A stretch of DNA of 64,000 nucleotides from Hydrolagus affinis (Eukaryota). This document shows, in pieces, positions 1 to 12,493 of this stretch. The first letter of the stretch is position 1. Every line of letters starts with the position of its first letter. The stretch covers positions 62,001-126,000 of the forward strand of contig JAAILG010000013.1 in NCBI GenBank assembly GCA_012026655.1, in the 5' to 3' direction. The position numbers and the translations under genes were made by a program. The notes under the pieces are model-generated. The model made no database searches. It had not been told where the DNA came from and worked only from the letters and a program-made list of their open reading frames with translations.

Positions 1-145
1 GCATAAACACGAGAGATCCGCACGTACAAATCTGCAGAGACTCGCCGTTTCATCACTTGAGGACAATTCCGAAGATGAAAAATAAATCATGCGGAAGGGG
101 GTGGGGGGGGGGGGGGAGGTGAATCTCGTGCGGAGGGAGGGTTAC

Positions 146-186
146 CTGGGTCCTTGCGATTGAGATAAGAAACTTGCAAATTTCAT
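146..186 (-). other. Candidate exon 3' end with short ATG-initiated frame (MKFASFLSQSQGP, phase 2) of an unidentified gene
   Basis: Minus strand reads ...gatacATG AAA TTT GCA AGT TTC TTA TCT CAA TCG CAA GGA CCC AG|gtaacc. Donor lies in repeat-free sequence; a possible acceptor lies near 574. Peptide not recognised. Confidence 0.3.
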
Positions 187-1272
187 GTATCACCCACCCA
201 ACAAAACAAAATTAAGCCAGAGAAGCCTCCCCAACTGCACAGTGATAGTAAACTCTAAGGTGGATGCATCTGGCGTGATGAGATCTATTGTGTGGACGCA
301 GGCTGTATAGCTGCTGCAGTCTTGTGCTGGCTGCGATCTGCACAATGCCAACACTCCTTGGTAATCAGCTCTTCCGCAGAATGTATCACTAGTTAAGGGA
401 GCAGGCTAGCCACCCACAGGGGAAGCGACGGCAATGAGCTTGGCTCTGTATCAATGGACACACCGGGAGTGAAGGAAACTTTACTGTCAAGCAACTCCTT
501 AAAAATATTTTCCTTTAAAGCTGGGGCTGGGGACCACCTTACTTCACTGAGGCAATCTGATGGCTTACAGAGACTTTTTTTTTAAAAAAAAGAGAAAATG
601 AAGAGATTTAAAAATAAATAAAAATTCTATCAGGTATATAAATATTGTATCACATACACACATTTTGTTGAAAGAATTGGTGCTGTTTGCATCATCAAGA
701 GAACCGGCTTGGAAGAGTTACTGAGCCTGACAGTATTAAATTAATATACACAGCTAAAATGACTTGATGGCTGAAACACTCCTAGGTTAATGACTGTATC
801 TGTCGATTGTAGTTCAGCTTCCTCACACTCGGTCTCAGTAACTCTTCTCAGCCAGACCTCCTGATATTATCATCCCACATTCTCAGCCTCCCCAAGGATT
901 TACCATTCTCCTCTCCCCTCCCCTCACCTCCCTCGCACTCGCAACCCCCACCCAAAAAGGATGTATCGAAGAAGGACGTAAAAGAACACACGATTCTTTT
1001 AAAATTAGATTCATTTGAAAATTGAAGTTTTTAACAGATGAGAATCTGTAACTGGGCCTGTTGATTCTTTCTGTTCCTTTAATCAAAATGATTATTCGCT
1101 CCCCAAGTCCCTAAAAAAAAATTTTCTTCCCCCAATGAAAGGATTTAATTAGGCTGTTTTTAAACTTTGAGGCAGAAAATCGACAAATTTAATTTAAAGC
1201 TGGAAAGAGTATAGGATTGGAGTGAAAACGGAATGCTTCATAGGAGATTTGATAATTATTGAATAAACTCGA

Positions 1273-1455
1273 CTGCCGTGTTTCTGCCACAAAATACACT
1301 TTCAATCCATTTTACAATGTATTCTATGAAGGTGTTATATCAAATGCAAGAATTAATAATAATAATTATTATTTCGTTTGATATAGTGCTTTTCATGTCT
1401 TCGAGACGTCTCAAAGCGCTTCACAGAATGTACTGTAAAATGAATTGACTGTACG
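1273..1455. mobile_element. Two truncated SINE/L2-type tails joined tail-to-tail
   Basis: Plus-strand tail ending tatatcaaatgcaagaattaataat, directly followed by a minus-strand tail (gtgcttttcatgtcttcgagacgtctcaaagcgcttcacag). Confidence 0.75.
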
Positions 1456-2582
1456 GTATATTACTATTATTAAAAAAAGGCCCAGGAGTATTGCCAGTCT
1501 CTGCTAATATCACTTTAAATGTCCCCCACACCTTCCAAAAACAAAATCAGCTTTCCTACACGTTATTTTAGTGCCAATTTGCTATCCTTTCCTCAATATC
1601 CTCAGCTCCTGAAGCTGCTCACTAATGCTCAACGTATGGTATCCCTTTGGACACTGGCACCATCTCTAGTATCACACCCATGTTCTCATTCTTCACATGT
1701 GAGCCTGGACACTCAGTGAGCATCAGTGGACTATTAGACCATGAAAAGCATCGCATAGCTATACTCGGTCCTATTTTTGTTACACACACAATGTCTGCGC
1801 ACAAGCATTTTCCAGCTGGACTGATAGCACAGTGTTTAAGAGTAAGAATCCTGGCTGAATTTTCTGTTCCCAGCCCAGTGTGATAAACTCCAGTGGAGTC
1901 TGCCTTCCTGCAGGCTGGCTCATAACCTGCCAACCTGGCACAATATCCATCCTCAGACTTTCTGTATGTGTCGGTCCAGGTAAAACACTGGATTCAAAAC
2001 AGTGGATAACTCTAATATGATAAATAGGCCTCTTCCATCAACACACATATACATAAGCATTTATCAGTCCCGGCACAGGTATTGATCAAACTGCAAAAAA
2101 ATATATCTTTGTAAGAAAGAAGATGCAATAAGCATTGATTTTTTTTTACCCCAACGAGTCAGAGAAATTACGAGAATAAAACTAATCTGCATTATATGAA
2201 CGCTGGGCTCTGAAAAGGTCACAGAAACATCAATTAACTGAAACCATTACATATTGCTGCTGTCATATTTAATACCACAAGGCACCTCCTACCCTAATCA
2301 GCAACTACAGGTCTTGTAACTATAAATAACACAATGGCAGAGCCAGAGATGGCAATATTTAAGAGGATACTAGTGCATTTCAATTATGCGACGCAGATCT
2401 GCAAAGTCTTCGGGCCAGGAAAGGAATCGTAGGGACAATAGCAAAACAGAATACTTACGCGCAATGTAATTTAACTGATAATGTTGGTGATGAGCTGGGT
2501 TTGTCAGGGAATAAAAGCCTCTTGGATTTGAGACTATCTGGGATTTATACTGTGATTTAAACTGTATATTGGGATTTAAACT

Positions 2583-2740
2583 GCTGTGGGCAATTGGCTA
2601 TCATGTTTTGGCCACAAAATATACAGCCAATTTACTTTACAGTATATTCTCTGAAGCGCTTTGAGACATCTCAATGAAAAGGCAATGATTATTATTATTA
2701 TTAATAATTATTATTAAATGTAAGGACTATCATTATTGTA
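2583..2740 (+). mobile_element. 5'-truncated SINE (Deu 3' part plus tail)
   Basis: gctgtgggcaattggct...ttactttacagtatattctctgaagcgctttgagacatc...attattatt matches the full-length copies in this window. Confidence 0.75.
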
Positions 2741-5263
2741 ATCTGGGAGGTTCTTAATACTGAGAGCACTCCTTGTTAACACTGATATTTTATGCGTTTG
2801 ACTTAAAAGGATTGCTCTATTTTTGTTGGAAAAAGTAAATTTATATACAGGGCAACCAAAGAAGTTGTGATAGCATTACAATGTCTGATAAGTCTTAAGC
2901 AAAATATGATTTTTTTTAACATAATAGAATAGCTGCAAACTAAGACTTTTGGTCACTCTGTGTTTGAAGAGATGTGTATGTCATCTTTGAGCTTGAAAGC
3001 AACTCCAGTGAGGGTGCATAATAGTGTGCTTCACATTTGAATTATTGCCAAATATAGTAAGCAGTGTCCTTTCTTAACCTTACCTACTTAGGCTTCAGGG
3101 ATGGCATTAAGCTATACATTAATCCAGTATGGCAGTAAGGGGGTGCACAAAAATATCGAAACATTTTGATTCAATATCAATGCTTGGTTTCTAGGTGTCG
3201 TTCAATTAAATTAAGTAAATAAAACTGAAACAATCAATATTTTACATTACTACAAGTTTCTATCGATTCGGGAGTAATTAATAAATACAGGATTAGTATT
3301 AACTTCAAAATGATTACAGAGTTTGCAGAACAAGCTGACAGGGGAAAGCACTTTCTAATTATGAAGGCAATTTAAATGCTGATATCAAACAAAATGTTGA
3401 CCTCAACCCTCTTTCCCTCCCCCGCCCAAGATTTTCCCTTGTAATGTGATAGAGAACATTATGAAGTGAATAAAATCAATTGCGCTAAGATTTATTGAGT
3501 GTGGGTGCTATTAATATTCGTTCTGTTGCTTTCTGAATTAGCTGGCAATTATCTGAAATTTGCTTGTTCCTGATGTTTTGATGAGAATTGGGGGGTGGGG
3601 AAGGGCAGTGGGTGCTTGGAATGGTGGAGGTTTTTCTTCTTAATACAGTATCCGCCCCCGTGGTACCCTCTCAGCTTTTGTTCCTTGGCTAATAAGCCCT
3701 TGTCTCTGGCTACTGCCTGGGCACTGCTTGCCCATATTCTGCCCTCTGTCTGCCCACTGTTTGCCTATTTCCTCTGCTCGTTGATAATCTAGCTCTTCCC
3801 TGACTGTCTCTTCCCTGATACCTGTCCACCTTACAGGCTGCTGAAAGCAAGCAATGAGGCAAAGAGCACACAAGACACAAAACAAGGTAACAGTCAATGA
3901 GAACTGAAAGATTATTCCCCGCCCCCCACCCTCAACCCCATTATTTAGATCTAGTCAGTAGCGATGAAATACAAGTTAAAACTGAAAGAAAATAAGTGCT
4001 TTGGATATGGATTTCACCGAGTTTTAAGTATCCAGATGAAGAAATGCCAGCTTACCAGTCTCAGTCACACTCAGAGAATGTCTCGTTTTAACAATGACTT
4101 GGTTCAGAAGGGAGTTTATATTTAAAATTTTAATTTCAGCAGGAAATTTTCGATAAAGTGACAAACACATATACACACATCACCTACAAATATACAGTCA
4201 CTGCTCTTTACAGTGAATTCTGTGAAGCACTTTGAGACGTCTTCCCGATGGGAAATGCAAGGATTATTAAAAAAATTATTTTTAGGAAATTTAATTACAG
4301 GAATAAAATCAATTCGATTCACTTCTTAGCACCCAGAAACCTATTTTCTACATTTAGCGATGGGAACAAAATACACCTGCCCCAAATAAAAAATATTTAA
4401 ATGAACACGATAGATAATAAAAAAATACAAGAGAATTCTCCTCTCTAAAATCCCCAGCTTTAAATCCACAGTATAGTCCTAGTGATAACTGGTGAATGAA
4501 ATTCAGGATGTAGATTAAATACTGGCGTAACCAGTGAAGATATTTATTTAATACTAATTATCATTTTATTGGCTTTCCGTTTTACAAGTAAAATGCTGGA
4601 GCAGGTGTGTCCGTTCGGCGGAGAGAGAGAGAGACAGAGAAAAAATAAAGACAAAGGAAGTGATAAGCTCAGAGGGTAAGTAATTGCAATTGCGCAGTGG
4701 TGGGAGTCTCTGTATTTAAAGGAAGAACAAAAGCAGTGAAAGCAAAAAGGGCTGATCATGACAAATATGGAGCAGCAGGTCTGTGAGACGTACAGAACTG
4801 GGGACGTTCCCAGTAAATGTCAATGCTCTGTCCTCGGTGATTTTATCCCCGCATCAACAACAAAAACAACTTGCATTTATAGAGTGCCTCTATGTGGGGT
4901 AGCTTCTCGGAATGCTGATACAGCAAGGAAATAAAATCAAACCCAGGATGGAGAATACACATGGGGCTAAATTCCAAAACACACGATCAGATAAAAACAG
5001 GAAAAGGGAAGAGATAAACAGAGTAGATACCTTGAGTGGAAAAAGGAATTGAGGAGGGGATCAGGAGAGAAAGCATGTGAGCAATAATCAAACAGTGCAG
5101 GAATGCAAAATAATATATATATATATATATATAGGTAAAATAGCGAAATGAAGGTTGGGGAAAGAAGAGGTAAGATGAGAATATCAAGGGGAGAGAGGAA
5201 AGGAAAAAAAGGATGTAAAAGGTGCAGGAAACTGCACGAACAGTTAGTGTAAACGATTAGAAA

Positions 5264-5371
5264 ATCTCTCCCAGTCTTTCAAATTTCAACGCAAAGAAAA
5301 TCTGCTGAGAACAGCCATTGAGAATTTATCTGCTCTCAACAGCTGTTCTCAACGGTGGTACTGAGAGAGAT
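5264..5371. repeat. Nested inverted repeat (palindromic relic)
   Basis: Inner arms 5304-5323 and 5334-5353 are 17/20 complementary with a 10-nt loop; outer arms 5264-5275 and 5360-5371 are 11/12. Confidence 0.7.
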
Positions 5372-6399
5372 GCAGAATTCTGGCACCGCCATCTGTGCGA
5401 ATTATTTAGCTCGCTAACTCACACTACACTATCAAGAGCTGACTGGAGTTCTCAGAGAGCTTTGTACTACAATCAAAGCTCAGTGACACTGTGAAGTAAA
5501 CTGCTCGTACCGACAAGGTGGCAGAATCCGCGAGAGAAAGGACTGCGCTACACATATCCTGGATGAGCACAGGATGCGTCCCTTAGAAATTCAAAGAGCC
5601 ACCCCCTTTTTTCCTTGAGTGTGTGTCTGTGTGTGTTTTTTTGCCTCGTACTGACCACACACCTCCATGAATGAGACTCACTGACCTGGGAATATTTTAT
5701 TCGAGCCTCTGCACGCACAAAGGCCGTTTCTCATCACAGTGAGCCTGGAATTATTTCACGGCCACATCTCATAAATAATAGAAAACAAGATACGTTGTAT
5801 AGATTTGAATTTTGATAACTTTGAATTACAGGAGGTCAGCAAAAAAAAAGGGTTACTGTCTCTTTAAATGATGGGGCTTGGGATTACAGTGTACTGAATA
5901 CATTTTTTCCACTACATCACACACTGTCCCAGTGCACATAGGATAGTTTATTGCTCTGCATGATTCATAACCCATTTCTCACATGGGAACATTACAAGGT
6001 TCAAATTATATAAAACCTCTCAGTGTTGATAAAGAGCAGGGATATGAAAAGTTGTAAATCATGGCATTTGATTGGGCTTCCTGCCTGTTGGAGATGGTTT
6101 CTTTTTCTGTTCGGGAAATTAATGTCTGATTGAAAGACCATTTTTTCTCGAGACGACGGGAACTCAGGGGAAAGAATCTGACTAGATTGTTAGGGTGGCT
6201 TTTGCTAACGACTTTTTGGAGCAACCCCCACTGAGGTCTAAATGCCTACAATATCCATAAACAACTCCATTCTGTCCAATTAAAGCGACAGAGATGTACC
6301 TCCCTGTCAGACAGATTTGCATGGATAAGCATGTGAGATCATAAGGATGGTGAGGGATCATTCTATATCTATAAGGGATGCGCAGAATAGATGACTTCC

Positions 6400-6660
6400 A
6401 TTACAGCCCCCTTACACTTTCCCAATTACTGCCAGCGTTTAATTAATTACTAATGGCTTTCCCTGATGTAATCATCTATGTTTAGCCAATCCGCGGATTC
6501 GCTCATCGCGACGAACCATTAAAGCTGGCTGACTGAATCTATTTGCTCAGGGCTCCAACTCACCCCTTTCCCGAATCAAGGATGTTCGAGCCATTTATAA
6601 TTTAAAGGCTGTCCAACGGTCGGGCTGTAAACTAACGCCGTGAGCCTCAAACATTGGTGT
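6400..6660. promoter_or_regulatory. Candidate enhancer / conserved non-coding element
   Basis: Repeat-free block with dense TAAT/ATTA cores (ttttaattaattactaatgg, ccattaaag, ccatttataatt), a CCAAT motif and retained CpGs. Conservation not testable here. Confidence 0.3.
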
Positions 6661-6954
6661 TCGTGGCCCAGGGAGGGGGTTGGAATGCTGTGCATGTGTG
6701 TATGTGTGTGTGTGGGGGGGTGGGTAGTGGGGGGTGTTGAAAGGTAGATTTTTACCTGAGAGCTTTCTCACTGAAATCTCTCAAACACTCCACCTCACTC
6801 CTATTTGTTCGATATGCAAAGCTAAGTTCCGTAAGCCATCTTACAGAGGGGTGGATTCCTCAAGTTGGCTGGCCTGTCCTGACAGTGAGCACGCTCACTT
6901 TAACCCTTTGCGCGCCTTCAGGAAATACACATTCCTTTCCTTTCGTCAGATACT

Positions 6955-7190
6955 CTTTGCCCGCGTATGTACAGTCAATTCACTTTACAGTATATTCTGT
7001 GAAGCGCTTTGAAACGTCGGGAAGACGTGAAAAGGGCTATATCAAATGCAAAGATTATTATTATTAGTAGTATTATTCTACACAACCATTGAGAAGGACT
7101 GCACCATTTCACAGTATATTCTGTGAAGCACTTTTCTGTATCATTTTTCAATGACATGATCAGGTGCTATATCAAATGCAAGGATTATTA
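6955..7190 (+). mobile_element. Two tandem truncated SINE tails
   Basis: cagtatattctgtgaagc...tatatcaaatgcaa(a/g)gattatt occurs at about 6955-7065 and again at about 7105-7190. Confidence 0.8.
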
Positions 7191-8649
7191 CTGTTTTTAT
7201 TTTGTTACTCTTGCAGACGACCTCTCTTGCTAGACTTTGCCGTGCAATATAAACATCCTTATCATTTCATTTTTCATCTCTTTAATCCTTCCCACTCACT
7301 CACCCACCCTCATCTTTCGACAGCATCGCCATCTGTGGCTCATCTGCTCGGCTAATGCCCGCCGTGCCCCTCACTGCCGCGGAGTGTCAGCGAGTGCCAC
7401 CCGCAGCTCTTTCTTTTCCTGCCCTCCGTTCCCCTTTGGGCAGCCTGACCTCCCCAAAGTGGCTTGAGAGCTCAGCGGTCAGAGGTTCCACCATCCCCTT
7501 CGACAACGCTCACAGTCACCTCCTTCTTCCCCGCTGGCTTGGTGTCAGGTTGCCTCACTGCTAATCGCCTCTGAGGCACTGCCCCGATTGAAGAGCACAA
7601 TGTAACAACAACAACAACTTGCACTTATATAGCACCCTCCGCACAGGGTCCCGTCTCAGAGCAATACCATTGCAAGCTGTGCTTGTTGTTTCGGAAGAGG
7701 TAGCTGTTGCATTTGACCAAAAAAATCCACGGGAAGCAAGGACTGGTAAGATTGGGGGTGAAAGTGATGCTTTTAGTGGTCCTGGCATGAGTACAAACAT
7801 TACATGAAACAAGCACGCAGGAAAGTAAATCGAAGTGTACAAACAAAAATACGCTTTGCCCCCCACCCCCGCCACCAAAAAAAAAAACGCGTACTAAAAG
7901 GAGAGCTGACACAGATCGGTCTGGACATTGTTCAAAGAGAAGTCCAAATCTGATGAGAGGAAAAGTACACAGAGACCTGCAAATGTCATAGTAAACTGTA
8001 TGAGTGAAGTTGAACTTTTCTTTTTAGCCTTTAATTCTAAAAATGTATCAATGGAACCTGATTACGTGCTCTTCATGAAAAAAACACACAGCACTGGGCA
8101 AACTTTGAATTTCTACCAGGGTGTTTAAGGAAAGTGTCCCACAACAATGGGTTTCATGTTAAGAGCGCCAAGACAGGCCTTTAGAGCAACATATCACAAA
8201 GAGGCTCTGTTTCCCCTGAATTGCAGGCTCCCAACGGATTAACAGGTATCTACAGGGAATGCATCCCCTTCTTAAAATATCTACACGCTGAGATGTGTTC
8301 GTTGTTTTCCAAAGGAAAAATGTAGCTAGATTTCACTGTAGGAATTTTGCACTCGTATCGTGTAAAATATAAAGCTGTTCATTTGTCAAACTTGTCTGAC
8401 ACAAGAGTGAATTTCTGCTGTTTAAAGCCGTGAATGCTGAGCGTTTAAAACGCTTCAGTACTTTTAGAGTCTTTTAACCCAAGCCCCACAGTTTAAGCCA
8501 TGTTTTACAGCTCGGAGCTGGTATCATTGACCGGGCAGGATTATCTTAAAGCCAACTTTAAAATAAGCTCCAGTGTCCGAGACCTTCCTGGGGGAAGTTA
8601 GTTTAAAACCTGATCACATCTTTTTGAGTTACTGGGAGGGAAAATGTGT

Positions 8650-8750
8650 ATTTTGCTCACAAAATATACAATCAATTCACTTTAAGCATATTCTGTGAAG
8701 CGTTTTGAGATCTAACAAAGACTATAACGAATGCAAGGATCATTATTATA
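8650..8750 (+). mobile_element. Truncated SINE tail abutting the next element tail-to-tail
   Basis: atatacaatcaattcactttaagcatattctgtgaagcgttttgaga...atgcaaggatcattatt. Confidence 0.75.
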
Positions 8751-9032
8751 ATAATAATAATAATCCTTGCATTTGATATAGCGCCTTTTCACCTCTTTTA
8801 GACGTCTCAAAGTGCTTAATGGAATATACTGTAGAGTGAACTGACTGTATATTTGTGGGTGAAACGCAGCAGCCAATTATGCACAGCAGTATCCCACAAA
8901 CAGTTCTGGATTGAAATTACCAATTTTTATTGTGGAGTAGGGAAACCTGCCCAGGGTTTCATCCTGCCTGGATTTGAACACAAGTCTCACACTTGTAAGG
9001 CGTGTGCTCTTACCACTGAGCTACAGGACCCC
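8751..9032 (-). mobile_element. Full-length tRNA-derived SINE (family A)
   Basis: Minus-strand head ggggtcctgtagctcagtggtaagagc with A and B boxes, Deu-like body, stem-loop tail and (ATT)n. Confidence 0.9.
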
Positions 9033-9384
9033 AGGGGTGGAACTTCAGGTTGCTGGATCTATGGTACAATACAAGCTACAACGATAGTAATCTCTTATAG
9101 GGAGCCGATTCCTGAAGCTCCAAAATGCCGCAGTACATCAGCACTCAATGATACCAGTCGCTACAATTACCACACTTAAGAATGACACAGCATCTCTCTC
9201 TTGGGTGTGACTTGTATACAGCATGTACCTGCAAATCAGTCTGCTGCTCCCTCACTGCCTTAAGCTCATGTCATGTCATGTCATTGAAATCCTGCTTCTT
9301 TGATAGAGCACTGCAGGGAAGTCACCTAGTCTAACAGATGAAATCAGGAACTTTCTCTTTTCAATTACCCTTGATGTGGTTTAG

Positions 9385-9810
9385 ATATAAAGCACTAGTC
9401 ACTCACTCACCTAGCGTTAGTCAGCCTGTAGTTTGGAGTATTGTGTCCAGTTTTGGTCGCCCCACTAAAGGAAGGATGTCAGGGCTTTGTAGAGAGGGCA
9501 GAGGAGATTTACTAGGATGATACCAGAGATTAGTGGTTTGACCTGTTAAGGAGACTGACCTTATTTTTGGGTTGAGGGGGAAATTAGTTTGAAAGCTTTA
9601 AAATAATGAGGGTTTTGTGAGAAGAGATAGGGAGAAATGATCCCAACTGATTGGGAAGTCGGGAACTGGACAGCATTAGCTTTCACAAGGGAACGAGACA
9701 GATATCCAAAGAGGAGTCATTTCAGGTTTATGAGGGGAAATGGCATGTTAATGGGACTGGAAGGATTGAAGCACAGATATGATGGGATGAATGGTTTTCT
9801 TCTGTGTGGT
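9385..9810 (+). mobile_element. Decayed CR1 LINE ORF2 3' fragment
   Basis: ttggagtattgtgtccagttttggtcgccccactaaaggaaggatgtc...aggagatttactaggatgatacca encodes LEYCVQFWSPH*RKDV...RRFTRMIP, the CR1 C-terminal motif, with stops and frameshifts. Confidence 0.85.
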
Positions 9811-9844
9811 AAAGCTGTGTGGTTCATTGCAAAGTGCTGATACA

Positions 9845-10136
9845 ATCATAATAATAATAATTCTTGCATTTGATATCGTGCTTTTCACGTCTTCTAGACG
9901 TCTCAAAGCGCTTCACAGAGTATACTGTAAAGTGATTGGACTGTATATTTGTGGGCGAAATGCAGCAGTCAATTGCACACAGCAGTGTTCAACAAATAGT
10001 CATGGATTGCAATGACCAAATTTGAGGGATTATTATCAGGCATGTGGAGTAAGGAAACTTGCCCAGAGTTTCTGGAATCAAACCCAGGTATCTCACTCGC
10101 AAGGTGAGTGCTCTAATCACTGAGCTACAGGACTCC
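9845..10136 (-). mobile_element. Full-length tRNA-derived SINE (family A)
   Basis: Head ggagtcctgtagctcagtgattagagcactcaccttgcgagtgaga; tail stem-loop gagacgtctagaagacgtg; (ATT)n. Confidence 0.9.
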
Positions 10137-10279
10137 AAAGATATATCACAACTGATGCTACAGCACCCACAGAATGTACTTCCCCAGTAACCAAGGAAAC
10201 CACATTAAATAGCATCTCTGTAGCATTTCCTGTTGGAACATGCCATCTGTAGGACCCGCTGAAGGCTTTTGCTTAGGTC

Positions 10280-10502
10280 GGCTGAGTGTCTGACACATGT
10301 GGAAACCCATCAACATGTTTAAGAGTATCCAAAGCAAACTGGGAATTCCGTGCATCCCACCTACACATGGAAATCCCAGAGATAGATTGTTGGAATGGAA
10401 TTCGCACTCTCTCTCTGGAGAGACGCTTCCTGCTTACCTAATTCTGGAAAGTATTGGCAAGCGTCAAGGCTTGGGGACCCTACAGTTGCGTTGGGGGTAA
10501 CT
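10280..10502 (+). repeat. Unclassified dispersed repeat, copy 1
   Basis: Colinear similarity to 27430-27625 (gtgtctgacaca..tggaaac..catca.catgt...agagtatccaaa; cctgcttacc.aattctgga; ttggcaag..caaggct..gggaccc). Confidence 0.7.
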
Positions 10503-10787
10503 GCTGGAGTCTAACCAGCTAAAACCGCACAGCCTGCCATTGATATTGCTGTCTGGCAAGCTTTCCCATTGCTTGTCTACCCAGGATCACTCTACCTATT
10601 ATGGATTTGGCTTGCAGGGTTAACAGCAGCTGAGGGGGATGCTGAAGAATGGAATGCAGGAAAGTATAACAGATAAAGAGCGAAGCCCCACAAACCATTA
10701 ACCCAGACTGCTGCTGTGTTATTCCTCAGCGAGATAGATGGTTAATATCATCTCTCTAAAAAAACATATTAAGTATTTGCTTCAGCA

Positions 10788-10910
10788 ACTACAACAAAAT
10801 GATATGTGTATAACACCTTTCACATCAAGAGGACATCCCAAATTGCTGGACGGTCATGTTTCGGACGCAAGCTGGGGTCGGGATCGGGGAGGCTGGGTGG
10901 GTGGAAGGGA
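10788..10910 (-). mobile_element. L2 LINE 3' end (tail family B)
   Basis: Matches the 30218-30395 and 54883-54980 copies (ctggacggtcatgtttc...agctggggtcggga). Confidence 0.65.
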
Positions 10911-12109
10911 GAGATCTTTATAATGTATTTGCTATTTATTTACAAACTTAGCGACTTTGTTTAGCAACAAAGAAGAACAAGCCGGGATGGGCTCTGCACA
11001 ATATCATATGTGGAATTAATTCCCTACTGGTTCCCGTGTCAGTAATTCCAGATTGACTGCCAGCCGTACGGTATCTGAACATCTGGGAAGCTGAGGCACA
11101 AGCAAAGTGCAGTCGCTGCTTTAATGCTGAGAAAGGGGATGTGGTGGTGGGGGGTAGGGGGGAGTAGAAGAACAGAGAGAAAAGGAGACCTGCCCATCTC
11201 CTCTTAAACCATTGCTGTGTGGAGCCAGTCAAAGATGTATTTCTTAGTTGGAACCTCTGGGGGAACGGCAGAGATTTTGACCCAAGTCGACAGATGCCAA
11301 CAAAACGAAATGTAGAGCTCAAGATAATCATCAGTCGGCAGAGAGAAAGAGAGAGATAAAATCAAAGAATTTTGAAAAGATCCTAATCTATCTGTGAAAA
11401 AAACATTATTTCAAGAGATAAAACTACAAACAAATAAACAAGAAAGTGGGACAACTAATGAATAAATTAATCTAGGATGCCGGTGGTGGGGGGGGGAGGG
11501 AGGAAAGGCTGAAAGAGGGGCTGCTGCTGTTAATTAGTAGATCCAGAGGTGCCAGATCTGTACATATTTGTGGCTTGTTCTGTTACCAGCGATCCCAAAG
11601 AGATGTGATCTATCATGACATCAAACTCTTGCCCCAGGGTAAGGAGTTTGACTAAGTGTTGGAGGGAACATTGAATCCTCTGGGTACCAATGACCTTCCT
11701 GAGGCAAGCTAATAAGAACTGTGTTATTAGCAAAGAAGAAAGCATTTCAAAATATGAGATCACATGAGCCCTCCTGTCTTCTACTGACAGTTCAGACTCT
11801 TAAGCCTATAAAGAATGACAAAAGAAGCCTGATGCACTAATTGCAGGATAAGATGATGATGCTTAAGGCAGAATAAAACATGAAACTGCGCACAGAACAC
11901 ACATCCTTACACACAAAGGAGTCTGCAACTGCAGCATGTAAACAATCCATATTTACCTCATGTCCTTTGTGGCCCACTTGGGTTCAGTGTTGACCCCAAA
12001 CCCTCCAATTTATTCTCTTTTCTGCTGTCACATTCTTTGTCAGTGCAATGCAATGCTACTGTTCCATTCCCTTCACTGCAACTATTTTACTGCGTTAAAG
12101 GGCAAAGTA

Positions 12110-12493
12110 GTAGTAATAATAATCATAATTCCTACGACGCACCATTCACGTTTAGAGGATGTTTCTGTGAAATATGGTGACTGTGTATTAGCAGGTGCTG
12201 TGATAGTCAATTTGCACACAGCATTGTCCTACAACAACAATGACCAATTCAATTTGAAGGACTCTACAGCATTCAAATAGTGCCATGGGATCTTTAAAAC
12301 ATTCACTTGAACAGGCAGGCAGGTCCTCAGTTTAATGTCTCATCTGAAGGATGGCACCTCTGACATTGCAGCCCGCCCCAGCACTTATGCTGCTACCTAG
12401 ATCATGAGCTCAAAGTCCCAATATAGAACTCGAATCCACCACAACCTTCCTTCTCAAGAGAGGAGAGTGCTACTGACTAAGCCAAGCTGACAC
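12110..12493 (-). mobile_element. Old Deu-domain SINE (SacSINE1/AmnSINE1-like), near full length
   Basis: Contains atagtgccatgggatcttt (reverse complement of the Deu hallmark aaagatcccatggcactat), tttaatgtctcatctgaaggatggcacctc, and a tRNA-like head beginning gtgtcagcttggct. Confidence 0.8.
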
